From Spirochaetia bacterium (lineage in GTDB: Bacteria; Spirochaetota; Spirochaetia; SP-2023), in assembly GCA_965225855.1 (NCBI GenBank), contig CBDDCK010000005.1:768001-832000 (forward strand): 64,000 nt of DNA, given 5' to 3'. Shown one piece after another: positions 40,517 through 51,389 of this stretch (its first letter is position 1; every line of letters begins with the position of its first letter). Below the pieces are notes generated by a model. That model had not been told where the DNA came from. It saw nothing but the letters and a program-made list of their open reading frames with translations, and made no database searches. The position numbers and the translations under genes are program-made.

Positions 40517-41533
40517 ATGAATAGCTATCAATACTGCCAAAACATTCCGAAAGCGGAGCTGCATATCCATATTGAAGGCTCTTTAGAGCCTGAACTGATG
40601 TTCCAATTGGCACAGAAACACAGCCTGGAACTGCCGTATTCCAGTGTCGAATAGCTTAGGCAAGCCTATCAATTCTCGAATTTACAAAGCTTTTTAAACA
40701 TTTACTATCAGGGGGCCAGTGTGCTGCTAGATGAAGATGATTTTTATGAGTTGATGATGGCTTACTTGCGCAAAGCGAAGTTGGACAACATTCAACGCGC
40801 CGAGATTTTCTTTGACCCCCAAACCCACACTAGCCGAGGCGTGGCCTTTGAAACGATGGTAAAGGGCTTGCATCGCACTATGAATCAAATGCAAGAGCAG
40901 ACAGGTATTTCCTGCAGCTTGATTATGTGCTTCTTGCGCCACTTGGGCGGCGAGCAAGCCTTTCAGTTAATGCAGGAAGCATTGCCGTACAAACAATACT
41001 TTGAAGCCGTTGGTTTGGACTGTTCCGAGCAGGGCTTTGAGCCGTCTTTGTTTGTGAAAGCCTATGACTTAGCCAGAGAACATGGCTTTGACCTTGTGGC
41101 TCATGCGGGCCAAGAAGACCCGCCTTGCTACATTAGGCAAGCAATGGATTTGCTCCCATTTCAGCGAATTGACCACGGGCTACCCATTATAGAGGATGAA
41201 TAACTTATGCAAAGAGCCATTGAATCCCAGTTGCCATTGACCATGTGCCCACTGTCTAACTTCAAGCTATGCGCTGTGCCCAGCTTAGAACAGCACCGAT
41301 TGAAGAAGCTGTTAGACAAAGGTTTGTGTGTTACTATCAATTCAGATGACCCTGCTTATTGGGGGGATTACTTGGCTGAAAACTATATTCAGAGTGCCAA
41401 GGCCTTGGGTTTAAGCCGTAAAAATCTATACCAATTGGCCAAAAACAGCTTTACTGCTTGCTTGATTAGCGATGAACAATGCCAAGCGTATTACCGCTTG
41501 TTAGAGCAGTTTGAGAAGAATTTTAATGAATAA
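40517..41533 (+). pseudogene. Adenine/adenosine deaminase pseudogene
   Basis: [29 protein letters not shown]; in-frame stops TAG 40652-40654 and TAA 41201-41203; HAGEE appears as HAGQE. Confidence 0.88.
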
Positions 41534-41583
41534 ATTGGCCAATCTTTGTAGCGATATCTATTAGATTGTAGGAGATTACCGTA

Positions 41584-42813
41584 ATGATATACCATTTTTG
41601 TCGTTTGAGAATACTATTGCTATCTGTTAGCTTGTGTTTTTCTATTGCCGTTTTGTATGGTGAAAGTCTATGTAAAGTAGCCCGTATATCTACGGCTAGC
41701 ACAGCAATTCGCAAGGAAAGCCAGGCCAAAGGCCAGCTTATTCAGCGCACCCAATACCACACAATTCGCTTGCAGGCCCTCTATAGTGGCTTCAATCATC
41801 CGTGGGGTATGGCTTGGTATACATCGCATTCGCGCAAAGAAAGCCCTATGATCGTGAGTGAACGCAATGGGGCTGTGTGGTTATTATCATCAGTAGGCAA
41901 CAAGCAAATCAGTGGCTTACCCAGTGATGTTTGCCAGCTAGGGCAGGGTGGTTGGTTTGATATTGTGCAGGCTAGCAATGCTACATTCTACCTTAGTTAT
42001 GCAAAAGGTAGCCGAACATCGAATAGAACTGCCGTGATTTCCTTCAGTTTGCATGAGCAAGACGTATTTGACCCAAGGCGCAAGACGGTGATAGCCCAGA
42101 ACGTTGGCCTCGTGTACCAGATGAACAAAGCAGCAAAATCGTTTAAACATTACGGGGGAATGCTTAGCATTGGCTACGATTCCAACGGCAAAGAACTGCT
42201 ATTGATTGGTTTGGGTGAACGGGGCCAAAGGTATGAAGCCCAAGACCTCAACAGCGATCACGGTACAATCCAAGCGATTTCTTTGGCGGGACACCGCAGC
42301 CGCACCGTAAGCTATGGCAACCGCAATATCCAAGGTTTGTATTATGATTCAGTGCGGCGCAAGCTCTACCAAACAGAACACGGCCCCCAAGGCGGCGATG
42401 AATTGAACCTTATAAAGCTGAATCGCTCGACGCCGGCCAACTATGGTTGGCCGGTGATTTCCTATGGTCGAGAGTATGGTTCGGGCAAACCGATAGGCCA
42501 AGGCAGCCACAAAGCGGGTATGGAACAGCCTTTGTATTATTGGCAAGTATCGCCTGCGCTTTCGGGATTAACGGGATATTACGGTGAAGAGTTTCAGCAA
42601 TGGAGTGGCCATTTGCTGGCAAGCTCCCTGAAATTCCAGCAGATTTACCGTTTAAAGCTCGATCAAAGTGGCAGCAAAGTATTGGAAGTAGAGGCCTTAC
42701 TCACAGAGAAACTGGGGCGGATTCGCTCAATCAAAAACCATAATGGCGTGCTATACATGGTTACAGACCAAAACCCGGGCAAAGTATACCGCATAGAAAA
42801 TGCCAAACTGTAA
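41584..42813 (+). CDS. PQQ-dependent sugar dehydrogenase (GSDH/YliI family)
   Basis: HPWGM, GQGG..D, HYGG, YG.RN.QG, EHGPQGGDELN, NYGWP. Confidence 0.85.
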   Translation: MIYHFCRLRILLLSVSLCFSIAVLYGESLCKVARISTASTAIRKESQAKGQLIQRTQYHTIRLQALYSGFNHPWGMAWYTSHSRKESPMIVSERNGAVWLLSSVGNKQISGLPSDVCQLGQGGWFDIVQASNATFYLSYAKGSRTSNRTAVISFSLHEQDVFDPRRKTVIAQNVGLVYQMNKAAKSFKHYGGMLSIGYDSNGKELLLIGLGERGQRYEAQDLNSDHGTIQAISLAGHRSRTVSYGNRNIQGLYYDSVRRKLYQTEHGPQGGDELNLIKLNRSTPANYGWPVISYGREYGSGKPIGQGSHKAGMEQPLYYWQVSPALSGLTGYYGEEFQQWSGHLLASSLKFQQIYRLKLDQSGSKVLEVEALLTEKLGRIRSIKNHNGVLYMVTDQNPGKVYRIENAKL

Positions 42814-42931
42814 ACGCTGTACAAACCGTTTAGCAGTGATTGATAGCTGAAATCTATGCGACAATTCAATTGAGTATCGTAGAGAATAAAGCTCTATTTA
42901 GGCGATAATCTAGATCAATGCCGCAGAGATT

Positions 42932-43952
42932 TTACAGCAAAATAAAGCGCAATAAGAACAAAAGCATTAGGCTATACATGATAGGGTGCACTTCATTAGT
43001 CCGTTTTTTCGCTAGCATTCGGATTGATTAGACAAAGAAACCGATGGCAATGCCTTCGGCAATGCTAAAGGTCAACACCATGAATATTATGGTAAACAAG
43101 CAAGAAACAGTTATGGGAAAGTCGTCCCACGGTATGCTGCCCAGTTGAGTTTATCATTAAACAGCCCACCATAATCAGGGCTGGGGCGGTGATATTGGGG
43201 TTGATTACGCTAAAGTAATGGCGAAAAGAATAGAGCTAAAAGGAAGCACAGGGCTACGACTACAGCGGTTAAACTTGTTTTTCCTCTGGCTTCAATGCCC
43301 GTCATCGACTCTACATAACTGGTGATAGAAGAGGCGCCAATCACCGAGCCAACAATCGTACCTAGGGAATCTACCAGCAGAGCTTTGCTGGTTATTCTTG
43401 AGCGAACCATCGGCTTGTATTAGGCCCACTCACTGGGCTACTGCGATCAACAAGCCGTTAGTGAGGAAGAAGTCCACAAAGAAAAAGGCAAACACTACCG
43501 ACCAAAAGTCTCCAGATAACAGGGTTTGGCTGTTGAAGCCTTGCAATACTCCCAACAAGGTTGGCTGAATGCTGGGCACGGGTGCAATGATGTTGCTGGG
43601 CAATGTCGATACACCTAACAGTAAGCTTAGTGTAGCTGTGGCCATCATACCTAGGAAAATGGCTGCCGGTTAAGCGCATAATCAAAAAGATCGCTGTCAA
43701 TAAAAGGCATTGATTCCCATGCCAGAAGCTAGTGCAACTGGATAATTGGCCCACAGACCCATTAGCAAAGTGGCTACTATAGTCCCCAAGATCGTGGCTA
43801 CAAATAGCGCATTCCGATCGATACCAGCGGCACTTAAGATGTCTGGATTCACAAAGATAATGTAAACCATAGATAAGAACGTGGTCAGTCCCGCTAGGAC
43901 TTCCCTAGTAAGAGTGCTACCATTTTTGTTCTAACTGAAAGCGTTTGAGTAT
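42932..43952 (-). pseudogene. Decayed NCS2/AzgA-family permease paralog
   Basis: Homologous to 44038-45339 at both ends; ATA in place of the start codon, frameshifts, stops and an internal deletion after GINAF. Confidence 0.85.
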
Positions 43953-44037
43953 ATGTAAAGCTCCTTTTTTGTTGGGCATTGTTTACAAGTTAATAGGAAG
44001 AGGTTGCTGAATAACGGGGTAAATATTTTGGACAATT

Positions 44038-45339
44038 TTATTGCAGCATGAAGTGTAATAAAAACAATATCATCAAGCCATACATAATAGGGTGCACTTT
44101 TTTGCCTCGTTTGCTCGCCAACATTAAGATCGGATACATGAAGAAACCGACTGCAATGCCTTTGGCAATGCTGAAGGTTAGCACCATGAATATCACGGTT
44201 AAAAATGAAGAAACGGTTAAAGCAAAGTCGTTCCAAACAATGCGGCCCAGTGAATCTACCATCAAACATCCTACAATCATCAAGGTAGGGGCGGTGATAT
44301 TGGCGTTCACTATGCTAAGTAGGGGTGAGAAAAATAGAGTCGATAAAAAGCAAAGGGCGGTTACTACGGAGCTTAGGCCAGTTCTTCCCCCCTGTTCAAT
44401 ACCTGTCATCGACTCTACATAAGTGGTTACTGAAGATGTTCCCAGAATGGCTCCAAAGATGGTTCCTACCGAATCTGCAAGTAAAGCTTGTTGACCTTTT
44501 TTGAGAGAGCCATCTTTTTTTATGAGGCCTATACGTTGCCCTACGGCAATCAAAACACCATTCGTATCAAAAAAGTCAATAAAGAAAAATGCAAAGACAA
44601 CAATCCAAAAATCATTGGATAATAAAGCCTTGCTGTTTAATTCTGTAAATAAACCAAATAGAATGGGCTCTAAGCTAGGTATGGGTGCAATGATATTACT
44701 GGGTAAAGTACAAACCCCCAAAGTTAGGCCCAAGATAATGGAAGCTAGCATACCAAGAAAAATAGCTGCAGGCAGTTTCATAATCACAAAGACAGCAGTC
44801 AAGATAAAGCCAATGATGCTAACTAATACAGGCGTTTCCGCTAAATTACCAATGGTTACAAAAGTTGCTGGGTGTGCTGTGATGATGCCTGCATTCTTCA
44901 AACCAATGAAGGTGATAAAAAAGCCAATACCCGCTGCCACCGCATTTTTTAGGGAAAGTGGAATAGCGTTGATAATGGTGTTTCGCAGACCGGTGAGGGA
45001 AATAATTGTAAAGATGATACCCGAAACAAAAACAGCGGCCATGGCCATTTGCCAAGAATAGCCCATGGTTGCGACAACGCTAAAAGCAAAAAAAGAGTTG
45101 ATCCCCATTGCTGGAGCCAAGGCGATTGGGTAATTGGCCCAAAGGCCCATCAGTAGAGTGGCAAATACACTGCTCAAAATGGTTGCCACAAATACGGCGT
45201 TTTGGTCCATACCGGTTGTACTTAGGATAGCTGGGTTCACAAAAATAATGTAAACCATCGATGCAAAAGTGGTTATGCCAGCTACAGTTTCGGTGGCAAC
45301 AGAACTACCATTCTGCTCGAGCTGAAAGCGTTTTATCAT
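44038..45339 (-). CDS. NCS2/AzgA-family purine permease
   Basis: AGITTF.SMVYIIFVNP.IL, ALAPAMG.NSFFAF, FFDT.G, TYVES..G...GGRTGL. Confidence 0.92.
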   Translation of the reverse strand: MIKRFQLEQNGSSVATETVAGITTFASMVYIIFVNPAILSTTGMDQNAVFVATILSSVFATLLMGLWANYPIALAPAMGINSFFAFSVVATMGYSWQMAMAAVFVSGIIFTIISLTGLRNTIINAIPLSLKNAVAAGIGFFITFIGLKNAGIITAHPATFVTIGNLAETPVLVSIIGFILTAVFVIMKLPAAIFLGMLASIILGLTLGVCTLPSNIIAPIPSLEPILFGLFTELNSKALLSNDFWIVVFAFFFIDFFDTNGVLIAVGQRIGLIKKDGSLKKGQQALLADSVGTIFGAILGTSSVTTYVESMTGIEQGGRTGLSSVVTALCFLSTLFFSPLLSIVNANITAPTLMIVGCLMVDSLGRIVWNDFALTVSSFLTVIFMVLTFSIAKGIAVGFFMYPILMLASKRGKKVHPIMYGLMILFLLHFMLQ

Positions 45340-45513
45340 TATGGAGACTCCTCAATTACTATTGAACTATTCTTCTATCGGTCCCACCTCATACATGATA
45401 TTGAGAATAGCAATTACACAGAATATTATATAGTCAATTTGGATGTTATATGCAAGTACATTTACATTATTTATATAGTTTACTCAAGCTTTTATAGTAA
45501 ATCCATAAAGTAC

Positions 45514-45542
45514 TTGACAACCTAATGTGTTCTAGCTATGGT
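45514..45542 (+). promoter_or_regulatory. Putative tRNA promoter
   Basis: TTGACA-17 nt-TATGGT. Confidence 0.6.
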
Positions 45543-45558
45543 ACACGGCGATCTATTT

Positions 45559-45631
45559 CGGGCTGTAGCGCAGGGGTTAGCGTACAAGTCTGGGGGACTT
45601 GTGGTCGGCGGTTCGAATCCGCCCAGCCCGA
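45559..45631 (+). tRNA. tRNA-Pro (GGG), CCA not encoded
   Basis: Acceptor CGGGCTG/CAGCCCG; anticodon arm CAAGT-CTGGGGG-ACTTG; T arm GGCGG-TTCGAAT-CCGCC. Confidence 0.95.
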
Positions 45632-46106
45632 TTTTTCCCGTAGTTGTATCGGCTTTATTTTTCTGTGCTTTTCTGCAGTATTTTGGCAAACCCAACTAAA
45701 CAATCATGGTTCTCGACAGCTATTTTTACAAAGTATTTGCCTACCGTGGGAATGGCCTTACAACAACAATAGTATTTGGCAGCTTTGTACCAAAAGAGGT
45801 TTTCTTAATGCCCATTAAGAGAGTCTCTTGATACCCATTAAGAGAGTCTGCGGGATTGATAAAGATCAAAGCCACTAGCCATAGGCGCTTGGGCTTGGGA
45901 TTGCCAAAGCTAAAATCAACAAAAACCAGCAGCATGGCCAGCAGCATGGGCATGGTTTGGGTAAAGGCAGAAATAGACTTTTTGATAAACAATCCTTACT
46001 ACAATATAATCGAGTGGAGGGATTATTGGCTAAAAAAGTAGTTGTCAAACAAAAATGAAAAAATAAACAACTCACGGCTACTTTATTGGCTTTGATTGAC
46101 TTCTTT

Positions 46107-46760
46107 TTATTTGGGGCGGTAGCCCTTACATAAAAAGTAGATTTCAAAAGATTGGTTGCGTACTGCTTGAGGTTTTAACCGTTGACAGCTGGCAAAAATC
46201 TGGCGCAGTTCGCACTGTAATTGTTGTTCGCATCCGCCTTGAAAAAGTTTAAACAGCAAGGTTCCATCATGTTGTAAAAACTGTGGTAGCATAGCGATAA
46301 TCGCTTCAACTAAGGCTTGAGAATGGCTGGTATCTACTGTGCGGTTGCCAGTAGTCTTTGGTGCCATATCACTCAAAATAACATCAAATAAGCCATTGAG
46401 TTTCATATATGGCAGAAGCTGTTGCTGAAACTCCGTGCAAGTAAAATCAACTTGGAAAAAGCTGAAAGCTGGAGAGAGTTGCATCTTTCTATTTATCTCA
46501 ACTAAATCTACCGCACAGAGCCATGAACCGTAATTATCTTTTGCAGTTTGGATACGCTGCAATACATAGCGACTCCAGCTGCCCGGTGCAGCACCCAAAT
46601 CTAATACCCGCATGCCAGGGAACAATAGCTTATGCTGCTGGTCTATTTGATTTAGTTTAAATACAGAGCGGGCCTGATAGCCTTCTTGGAAAGCTCTCTT
46701 TGTATAACTGTCGTGGACGTAGTTGCGATTTTTCGGTTTGGTTTGCTTGGTTTTCTTCAT
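46107..46760 (-). CDS. rlmE: 23S rRNA Um2552 methyltransferase
   Basis: ARSVFKL, LDLGAAPGSWS, SDMAP.TTG, KLFQG, S.EIY. Confidence 0.92.
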   Translation of the reverse strand: MKKTKQTKPKNRNYVHDSYTKRAFQEGYQARSVFKLNQIDQQHKLLFPGMRVLDLGAAPGSWSRYVLQRIQTAKDNYGSWLCAVDLVEINRKMQLSPAFSFFQVDFTCTEFQQQLLPYMKLNGLFDVILSDMAPKTTGNRTVDTSHSQALVEAIIAMLPQFLQHDGTLLFKLFQGGCEQQLQCELRQIFASCQRLKPQAVRNQSFEIYFLCKGYRPK

Positions 46761-46807
46761 TATCAGAATTTTTTAGCATAGGATTTATGTTGGTTTTTTC
46801 ACAAATC

Positions 46808-47563
46808 TTATTCTAAAGAGCGGAATGGGTCTAAAAAATTATCCCATTCGTCATCAAACTTGCTTTCTTTATGGTTTGCATCATCTTGAAAATTTTGGGC
46901 TTGATTTTGTTTGCTTTCTTGCTCCACTAATTGCAGCAAGTTTTGGTGCACTTTTGCATAAGCCACATCATCTCTGTTTCCAAATAACAAATTTAGAGCC
47001 GTTGCAATATGCTCTAAAATTGGGTCGCAATTTTCAGTTGGGAACAATAAAACATGGACAATACCGCTGGTAACTAAAGCTAGCAGCAGGTTTATCGTAT
47101 GTTCGCTGTTTTTGTGATCTGGGTTTATTTGATTGAGTAGAGCAGCCAATAAACTTTTCAATGGCCTAGTTCGTTTATGGACCAGGTTACCAATAGAATG
47201 ACCTTCTTTCTCTAAGTTCAAAATAAAGGCACTTTGGCTCACCAGCTCGCGGCGTTTTTCACTGCAAGATATGACTATATGACTCAAAATAAAACGCAAG
47301 CGGTCTAATGCTCGCAAATGCTCTAGCGTTACTACTTTATAATAATAGATCATAAATTTATCAGTAAATTGTTTAGAAGCAAAAAATAATATTTGGTGCT
47401 TGTTGCGAAAATATTGGTATAAAGTAGTTCTGGCTATTTTTGCAGCTTTGGCCACATCGGCCAAAGTCGTTGCTTCATAACCTTGCTGCGAAAATAATTC
47501 TAAGGCTTCATTTAGAATTTCCTTTTTCCGTGTTTCGTGGTTAATTTTTTTAGGCATTATCAA
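46808..47563 (-). CDS. TetR-family regulator
   Basis: LF..QGY..TTL.DVA..A.IARTTLYQYF.NK. Confidence 0.88.
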   Translation of the reverse strand: MIMPKKINHETRKKEILNEALELFSQQGYEATTLADVAKAAKIARTTLYQYFRNKHQILFFASKQFTDKFMIYYYKVVTLEHLRALDRLRFILSHIVISCSEKRRELVSQSAFILNLEKEGHSIGNLVHKRTRPLKSLLAALLNQINPDHKNSEHTINLLLALVTSGIVHVLLFPTENCDPILEHIATALNLLFGNRDDVAYAKVHQNLLQLVEQESKQNQAQNFQDDANHKESKFDDEWDNFLDPFRSLE

Positions 47564-47588
47564 AAAATATAAGCTGAGGAAATATACT

Positions 47589-48788
47589 TTAAATATGGGG
47601 CATTGCTAGTGGGTCTACATCGGTTTCATAGTCAATCTCAGGGATACCAAAACCGTGGATACGCAAGTAACTTTTGCGGAAACCTTCAATATCAGAAAGC
47701 TCGGCTAGATTATAGCTATTCACTTCAGCCCATAGGCGGGCCACTTCCGTTTGAATATCTTCACGCATTTCCCAGTCATCCATTCGAATACGGCCTTTTG
47801 AATCAAGCTCTAGTTTGCCTTCTCCATACAAACGCTGGTAAAACAAACGATACATTTGCTCAATGCATTCTTCATGGATGCCTTTTGCTTTCATAACTTT
47901 ATATAATACAGCAACATACAGCGGCACTACCGGAATGACTGAAGACGCTCTTGTTACTAATGCTTTATTTACCGAAATATACGCTTGGCCCTCGATATTT
48001 GCTAAACTTTGGTTTAATTTTGCAGCAGTTTGTTCTAAATGTTCCTTGGCCCCGCCGATTGTGCCGTTCCAGTAAATTGGGTAAGTCAACTCTGGCCCAA
48101 TATAAGAATATGCAACGGTCTTGGTTCTTTGGGCTAGCAAATTATTTTCTCTTAAAGTTTCTATCCAAGCAAACCAATCTTCGCCGCCCATTACTTTAAT
48201 CGTTGCTTTTTGTTCTTCCTCGCTGGCCGCTTCGACCTTAATAGCACTAATTTTCCCCGTCATAAAATCTACAGTCTGGTTATCAAAATTCTTTCCAATG
48301 GGTTTTAATACCGAACGGTAGGTTTGACCACTAACGGGGTCGGTGCGCTGCGCAGAGGCCAAACTATAAACGACTATGTCAAACCCATCAAACCCTTGGC
48401 GACACAATTTGCGTGCAGCAGTAACTACTTGTTCTTTAATTTCATTGGAGAATGCATCGCCATTAATACTTTGACTATTGATTTTTGCTTTGGCAGCCAT
48501 CGTATCAAATGCAAAATTGCAGTAATAGCCCGGAGTGCCCGGGCGTTTGGCCGAAGCTTCTTTTTCAAAAGCAACGCCAATAGTGGTAGTGTTGGCACCA
48601 AAAGCCAAAGAAATGCGGGAAGCCAAACCAAAACCAGCAGAGCAGCCAATAATCAAAGCATTTTTCGGCCCGTTTGCAATTTTCTTCTGGTTCGATACAT
48701 AATCTATCTGGCGTTTTACATCGGCCACAATTCCCTGCGGATGTGTTGTGATGCAGACGTTGTTCAAAATTTTGGGTTCAATTTTCAT
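47589..48788 (-). CDS. fabV: Enoyl-ACP / trans-2-enoyl-CoA reductase
   Basis: HPQG, GCSAGFGLASRI, GDAFS, VMGGEDW, Y..GTIG.AK. Confidence 0.93.
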   Translation of the reverse strand: MKIEPKILNNVCITTHPQGIVADVKRQIDYVSNQKKIANGPKNALIIGCSAGFGLASRISLAFGANTTTIGVAFEKEASAKRPGTPGYYCNFAFDTMAAKAKINSQSINGDAFSNEIKEQVVTAARKLCRQGFDGFDIVVYSLASAQRTDPVSGQTYRSVLKPIGKNFDNQTVDFMTGKISAIKVEAASEEEQKATIKVMGGEDWFAWIETLRENNLLAQRTKTVAYSYIGPELTYPIYWNGTIGGAKEHLEQTAAKLNQSLANIEGQAYISVNKALVTRASSVIPVVPLYVAVLYKVMKAKGIHEECIEQMYRLFYQRLYGEGKLELDSKGRIRMDDWEMREDIQTEVARLWAEVNSYNLAELSDIEGFRKSYLRIHGFGIPEIDYETDVDPLAMPHI

Positions 48789-48872
48789 ATGGATACTTCC
48801 TCTATATTGGGTATGGGTAATGTTTATCGATCTAGTGGCTTCAAAAATTCTGGTAATGATTTCTTTGATAAA

Positions 48873-49301
48873 CTATTTGGGTACCTCACCGACAATGCAT
48901 TTCCACGAAGCTTCTGCAGCGATTTCTCCCCCCAGTATTGCTTTGCCAGACTGTACGAGCATTTTTGCACCGATGCGCTCATTGATAATTTCAAACTCCA
49001 CGCTATCCCCAGGGCTGACTTGTTTGCGGAATTTAGCTTTGTCAATGGTCGCCAAAAAAAACAGATTATCGCTAGAGAGCAAACCCGCTTTGCGTAGCCC
49101 TGCCCCGCCACATTGGGCCATCGCCTCCACCAGCAAAACCCCCGGCACTACCGGATATTGGGGGAAATGGCCGGCAAAAAAATTGTCTTTCTCTACAGAA
49201 TAGTTGCGCTTGCCAATAATTTTTTCACTTCCTGCTTCCAAAATTTCATCGACAAACAAAAATGGTTCTCGATGTGGGATAAAATCTTTTACTTCCGACA
49301 T
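48873..49301 (-). CDS. fabZ: 3-hydroxyacyl-ACP dehydratase
   Basis: IPHREPFLFVD, FFAGHFP..PVVPGVLLVEAMAQ. Confidence 0.93.
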   Translation of the reverse strand: MSEVKDFIPHREPFLFVDEILEAGSEKIIGKRNYSVEKDNFFAGHFPQYPVVPGVLLVEAMAQCGGAGLRKAGLLSSDNLFFLATIDKAKFRKQVSPGDSVEFEIINERIGAKMLVQSGKAILGGEIAAEASWKCIVGEVPK

Positions 49302-49310
49302 GTGTTGTTC

Positions 49311-50564
49311 CTATCTTTCCGTGTATCGTTTCACTACTAAGCAGGCATTGTGCCCACCAAAACCAAGTGAAGTAGAAGCTGCTATTTCTATTTTGCATTC
49401 TTGGCCTTGATCGGCGACAAAATCTAAATCGCATTCGGGATCGGGGTTTTCTAAATTGATCGTGGGAGGCACAAATTGGTCGTGTATCGCACCAATACAA
49501 ACCATTAGTTCGATAGCTCCAGCTGCGCCAATCATATGGCCTGTCATAGATTTGGTTGAAGAAACTTTTAATTTATCGGCATGGTCTTGAAATGCCAAAC
49601 GAATTGCCTTGGTTTCTATAGGGTCGTTAATTAATGTCGAAGTACCATGAGCATTGATATAAGATATTTCTTCAGGGCTGACCTTAGCCATTTTCAAAGC
49701 TTTATCAATGGCTCTAGCTGTGTAAAAACCGTCATCTCTAGGGGAGGTTAAATGAAAAGCATCACAAGTAATGCCATAACCTAGCAATTCCGCATAAATC
49801 TTCACACCGCGTTTTTTAGCATTTTCCAAAGTTTCCAAAATTAAAACGGCTGCGCCTTCACCCATAACAAAACCATCGCGGTCGCGGTCAAAAGGCCGGC
49901 TAGCTCGATGGGGTTCATCGTTAAAATTTGTGCTTAAAGTTTGTAGTTTGGTAAAGGCCCCAATCCCCAACTCGGTCAAAGCTGCTTCTGAACCGCCGAC
50001 TACGGCTGCTTGGATTAAGCCGGATTGAATGGCGCAAAAGGTTTGGCCAATTGCATCTGTACCCGAGGCACAGGCCGTTACCACACCATAGCTAGGGCCG
50101 TGGAAATCATACAAAGTTGCCAAGGTACTTGAACCTTCGTTGATAATTAATTTGGGAATCGATAATGGCGGAATCCCACTAGGCCCTTTGCGTTCCAACA
50201 TACGGGCAGCTTCTTCCATTATTTCAAAGCCACCTATGCCATTGCCGATAATTACAGCTATTTCGTCTTTCGGGTAGAAATTTTGTTCTTTGCTTAACCC
50301 TGCGTCTTCAATTGCTTGAGCCCCTGCATGACAGAAAAATTTTGTAAAGCTGGCCATCTTTCGTAGGGTTTTTCGATCAAAATATTTACTGCTATCTAAG
50401 CCAATTACTTCTGCTGCCACTTTAGAAGGGAATAAATCTGGATTGCAGCGCGTTAATAGCCGAGTACCGCTAACACCTTTTTTCATATTTTGCCAAGTGT
50501 CTTCCCATGTATGGCCCAACGGGCTGACAGCACCCATACCTGTAATAACTACGCGTGTACTCAT
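49311..50564 (-). CDS. fabF: 3-oxoacyl-ACP synthase II
   Basis: RVVITGMG, TACASG, NAHGTST, KSMTGH; start MSTRVV follows GGAGG. Confidence 0.93.
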   Translation of the reverse strand: MSTRVVITGMGAVSPLGHTWEDTWQNMKKGVSGTRLLTRCNPDLFPSKVAAEVIGLDSSKYFDRKTLRKMASFTKFFCHAGAQAIEDAGLSKEQNFYPKDEIAVIIGNGIGGFEIMEEAARMLERKGPSGIPPLSIPKLIINEGSSTLATLYDFHGPSYGVVTACASGTDAIGQTFCAIQSGLIQAAVVGGSEAALTELGIGAFTKLQTLSTNFNDEPHRASRPFDRDRDGFVMGEGAAVLILETLENAKKRGVKIYAELLGYGITCDAFHLTSPRDDGFYTARAIDKALKMAKVSPEEISYINAHGTSTLINDPIETKAIRLAFQDHADKLKVSSTKSMTGHMIGAAGAIELMVCIGAIHDQFVPPTINLENPDPECDLDFVADQGQECKIEIAASTSLGFGGHNACLVVKRYTER

Positions 50565-50595
50565 AAAACCTCCAACTTTGTTGCCAATTTTTGCA

Positions 50596-51366
50596 TTATA
50601 TTGCCATGCCACCATCGACCGGAATTACTTGACCCGTCATATAAGTTGCCAAATCGCTGGCTAAAAATAATACAATCCGGCTAATTTCTTCAGGCTGGCC
50701 AAACCGCCCCAATGGTATTTGGGCTAGTACTTTTTCGCGCTGCTTATCGCTTAGTTTCTCCGTCATGGGAGTTTCAATAAAACCCGGGGCAATGGCATTG
50801 ACCCGCACACCACGGCTGGCAATTTCGCGCGCTACACTTTTAGTAAAACCAATCAAGGCAGCCTTAGAAGCTGCATAGTTTACCTGTCCAGCATTGCCGA
50901 TCAACCCGACAATTGAGCTCATATTGATAATACAGCCAGCCTTTTTTAGAGCCATTTGACGGGAGAGCAATTTTGTCAAATAAAATACGCTGTTTAAATT
51001 GACATCAATAACTTCTTTCCACTGTTCGCTTTTCATACTAAACAACAAGCCATCGCGGGTAATACCAGCATTGTTGACTAAAATGTCGATATGGCCATAC
51101 TCAAGAGCCACTTTGTTGAGAATCTCTTCTACTTTTGCTTCATCGGCTACGTTGGCCTCATAGCCATCGACTCGCACTTGATTTTGTAAGGCCAACTGTT
51201 GCATTTGTGAGTGCTCAGGTGATAAAGAGTTACTGATATAAACCACTTCAGCTTCGGCTTGCAACAGAGTTTTGACAATGTCTTTACCAATACCGCGCCC
51301 CCCTCCAGTAACTAGGGCTCTTTTACCTTTTAGCGATACTAAGTTTATTATTCTTTCACTTGCCAT
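50596..51366 (-). CDS. fabG: 3-oxoacyl-ACP reductase
   Basis: TGGGRGIG, NNAGITRD, GQVNYAASK. Confidence 0.93.
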   Translation of the reverse strand: MASERIINLVSLKGKRALVTGGGRGIGKDIVKTLLQAEAEVVYISNSLSPEHSQMQQLALQNQVRVDGYEANVADEAKVEEILNKVALEYGHIDILVNNAGITRDGLLFSMKSEQWKEVIDVNLNSVFYLTKLLSRQMALKKAGCIINMSSIVGLIGNAGQVNYAASKAALIGFTKSVAREIASRGVRVNAIAPGFIETPMTEKLSDKQREKVLAQIPLGRFGQPEEISRIVLFLASDLATYMTGQVIPVDGGMAI

Positions 51367-51389
51367 AAAAACCTCATATATATTGTTAT

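Noticed and set aside
40517..41533. Stop-codon reassignment or readthrough in the deaminase
   Set aside because: TAA and TAG terminate many normal genes in this window, and the catalytic motif is also altered
45340..45510. Purine riboswitch upstream of the permease
   Set aside because: Conserved aptamer core not found by eye; an Infernal scan would be needed
45741..45992. 83-aa ORF with a signal-like N-terminus next to the tRNA
   Set aside because: Could be a fragment of an exported protein, but no motif supports it; no tRNA 3'-end duplication indicating integration was noticed
48324..49097. Antisense and alternate-frame ORFs (this 257-aa one and the many 60-190 aa ones)
   Set aside because: They overlap well-supported genes and lack motifs; treated as shadow ORFs
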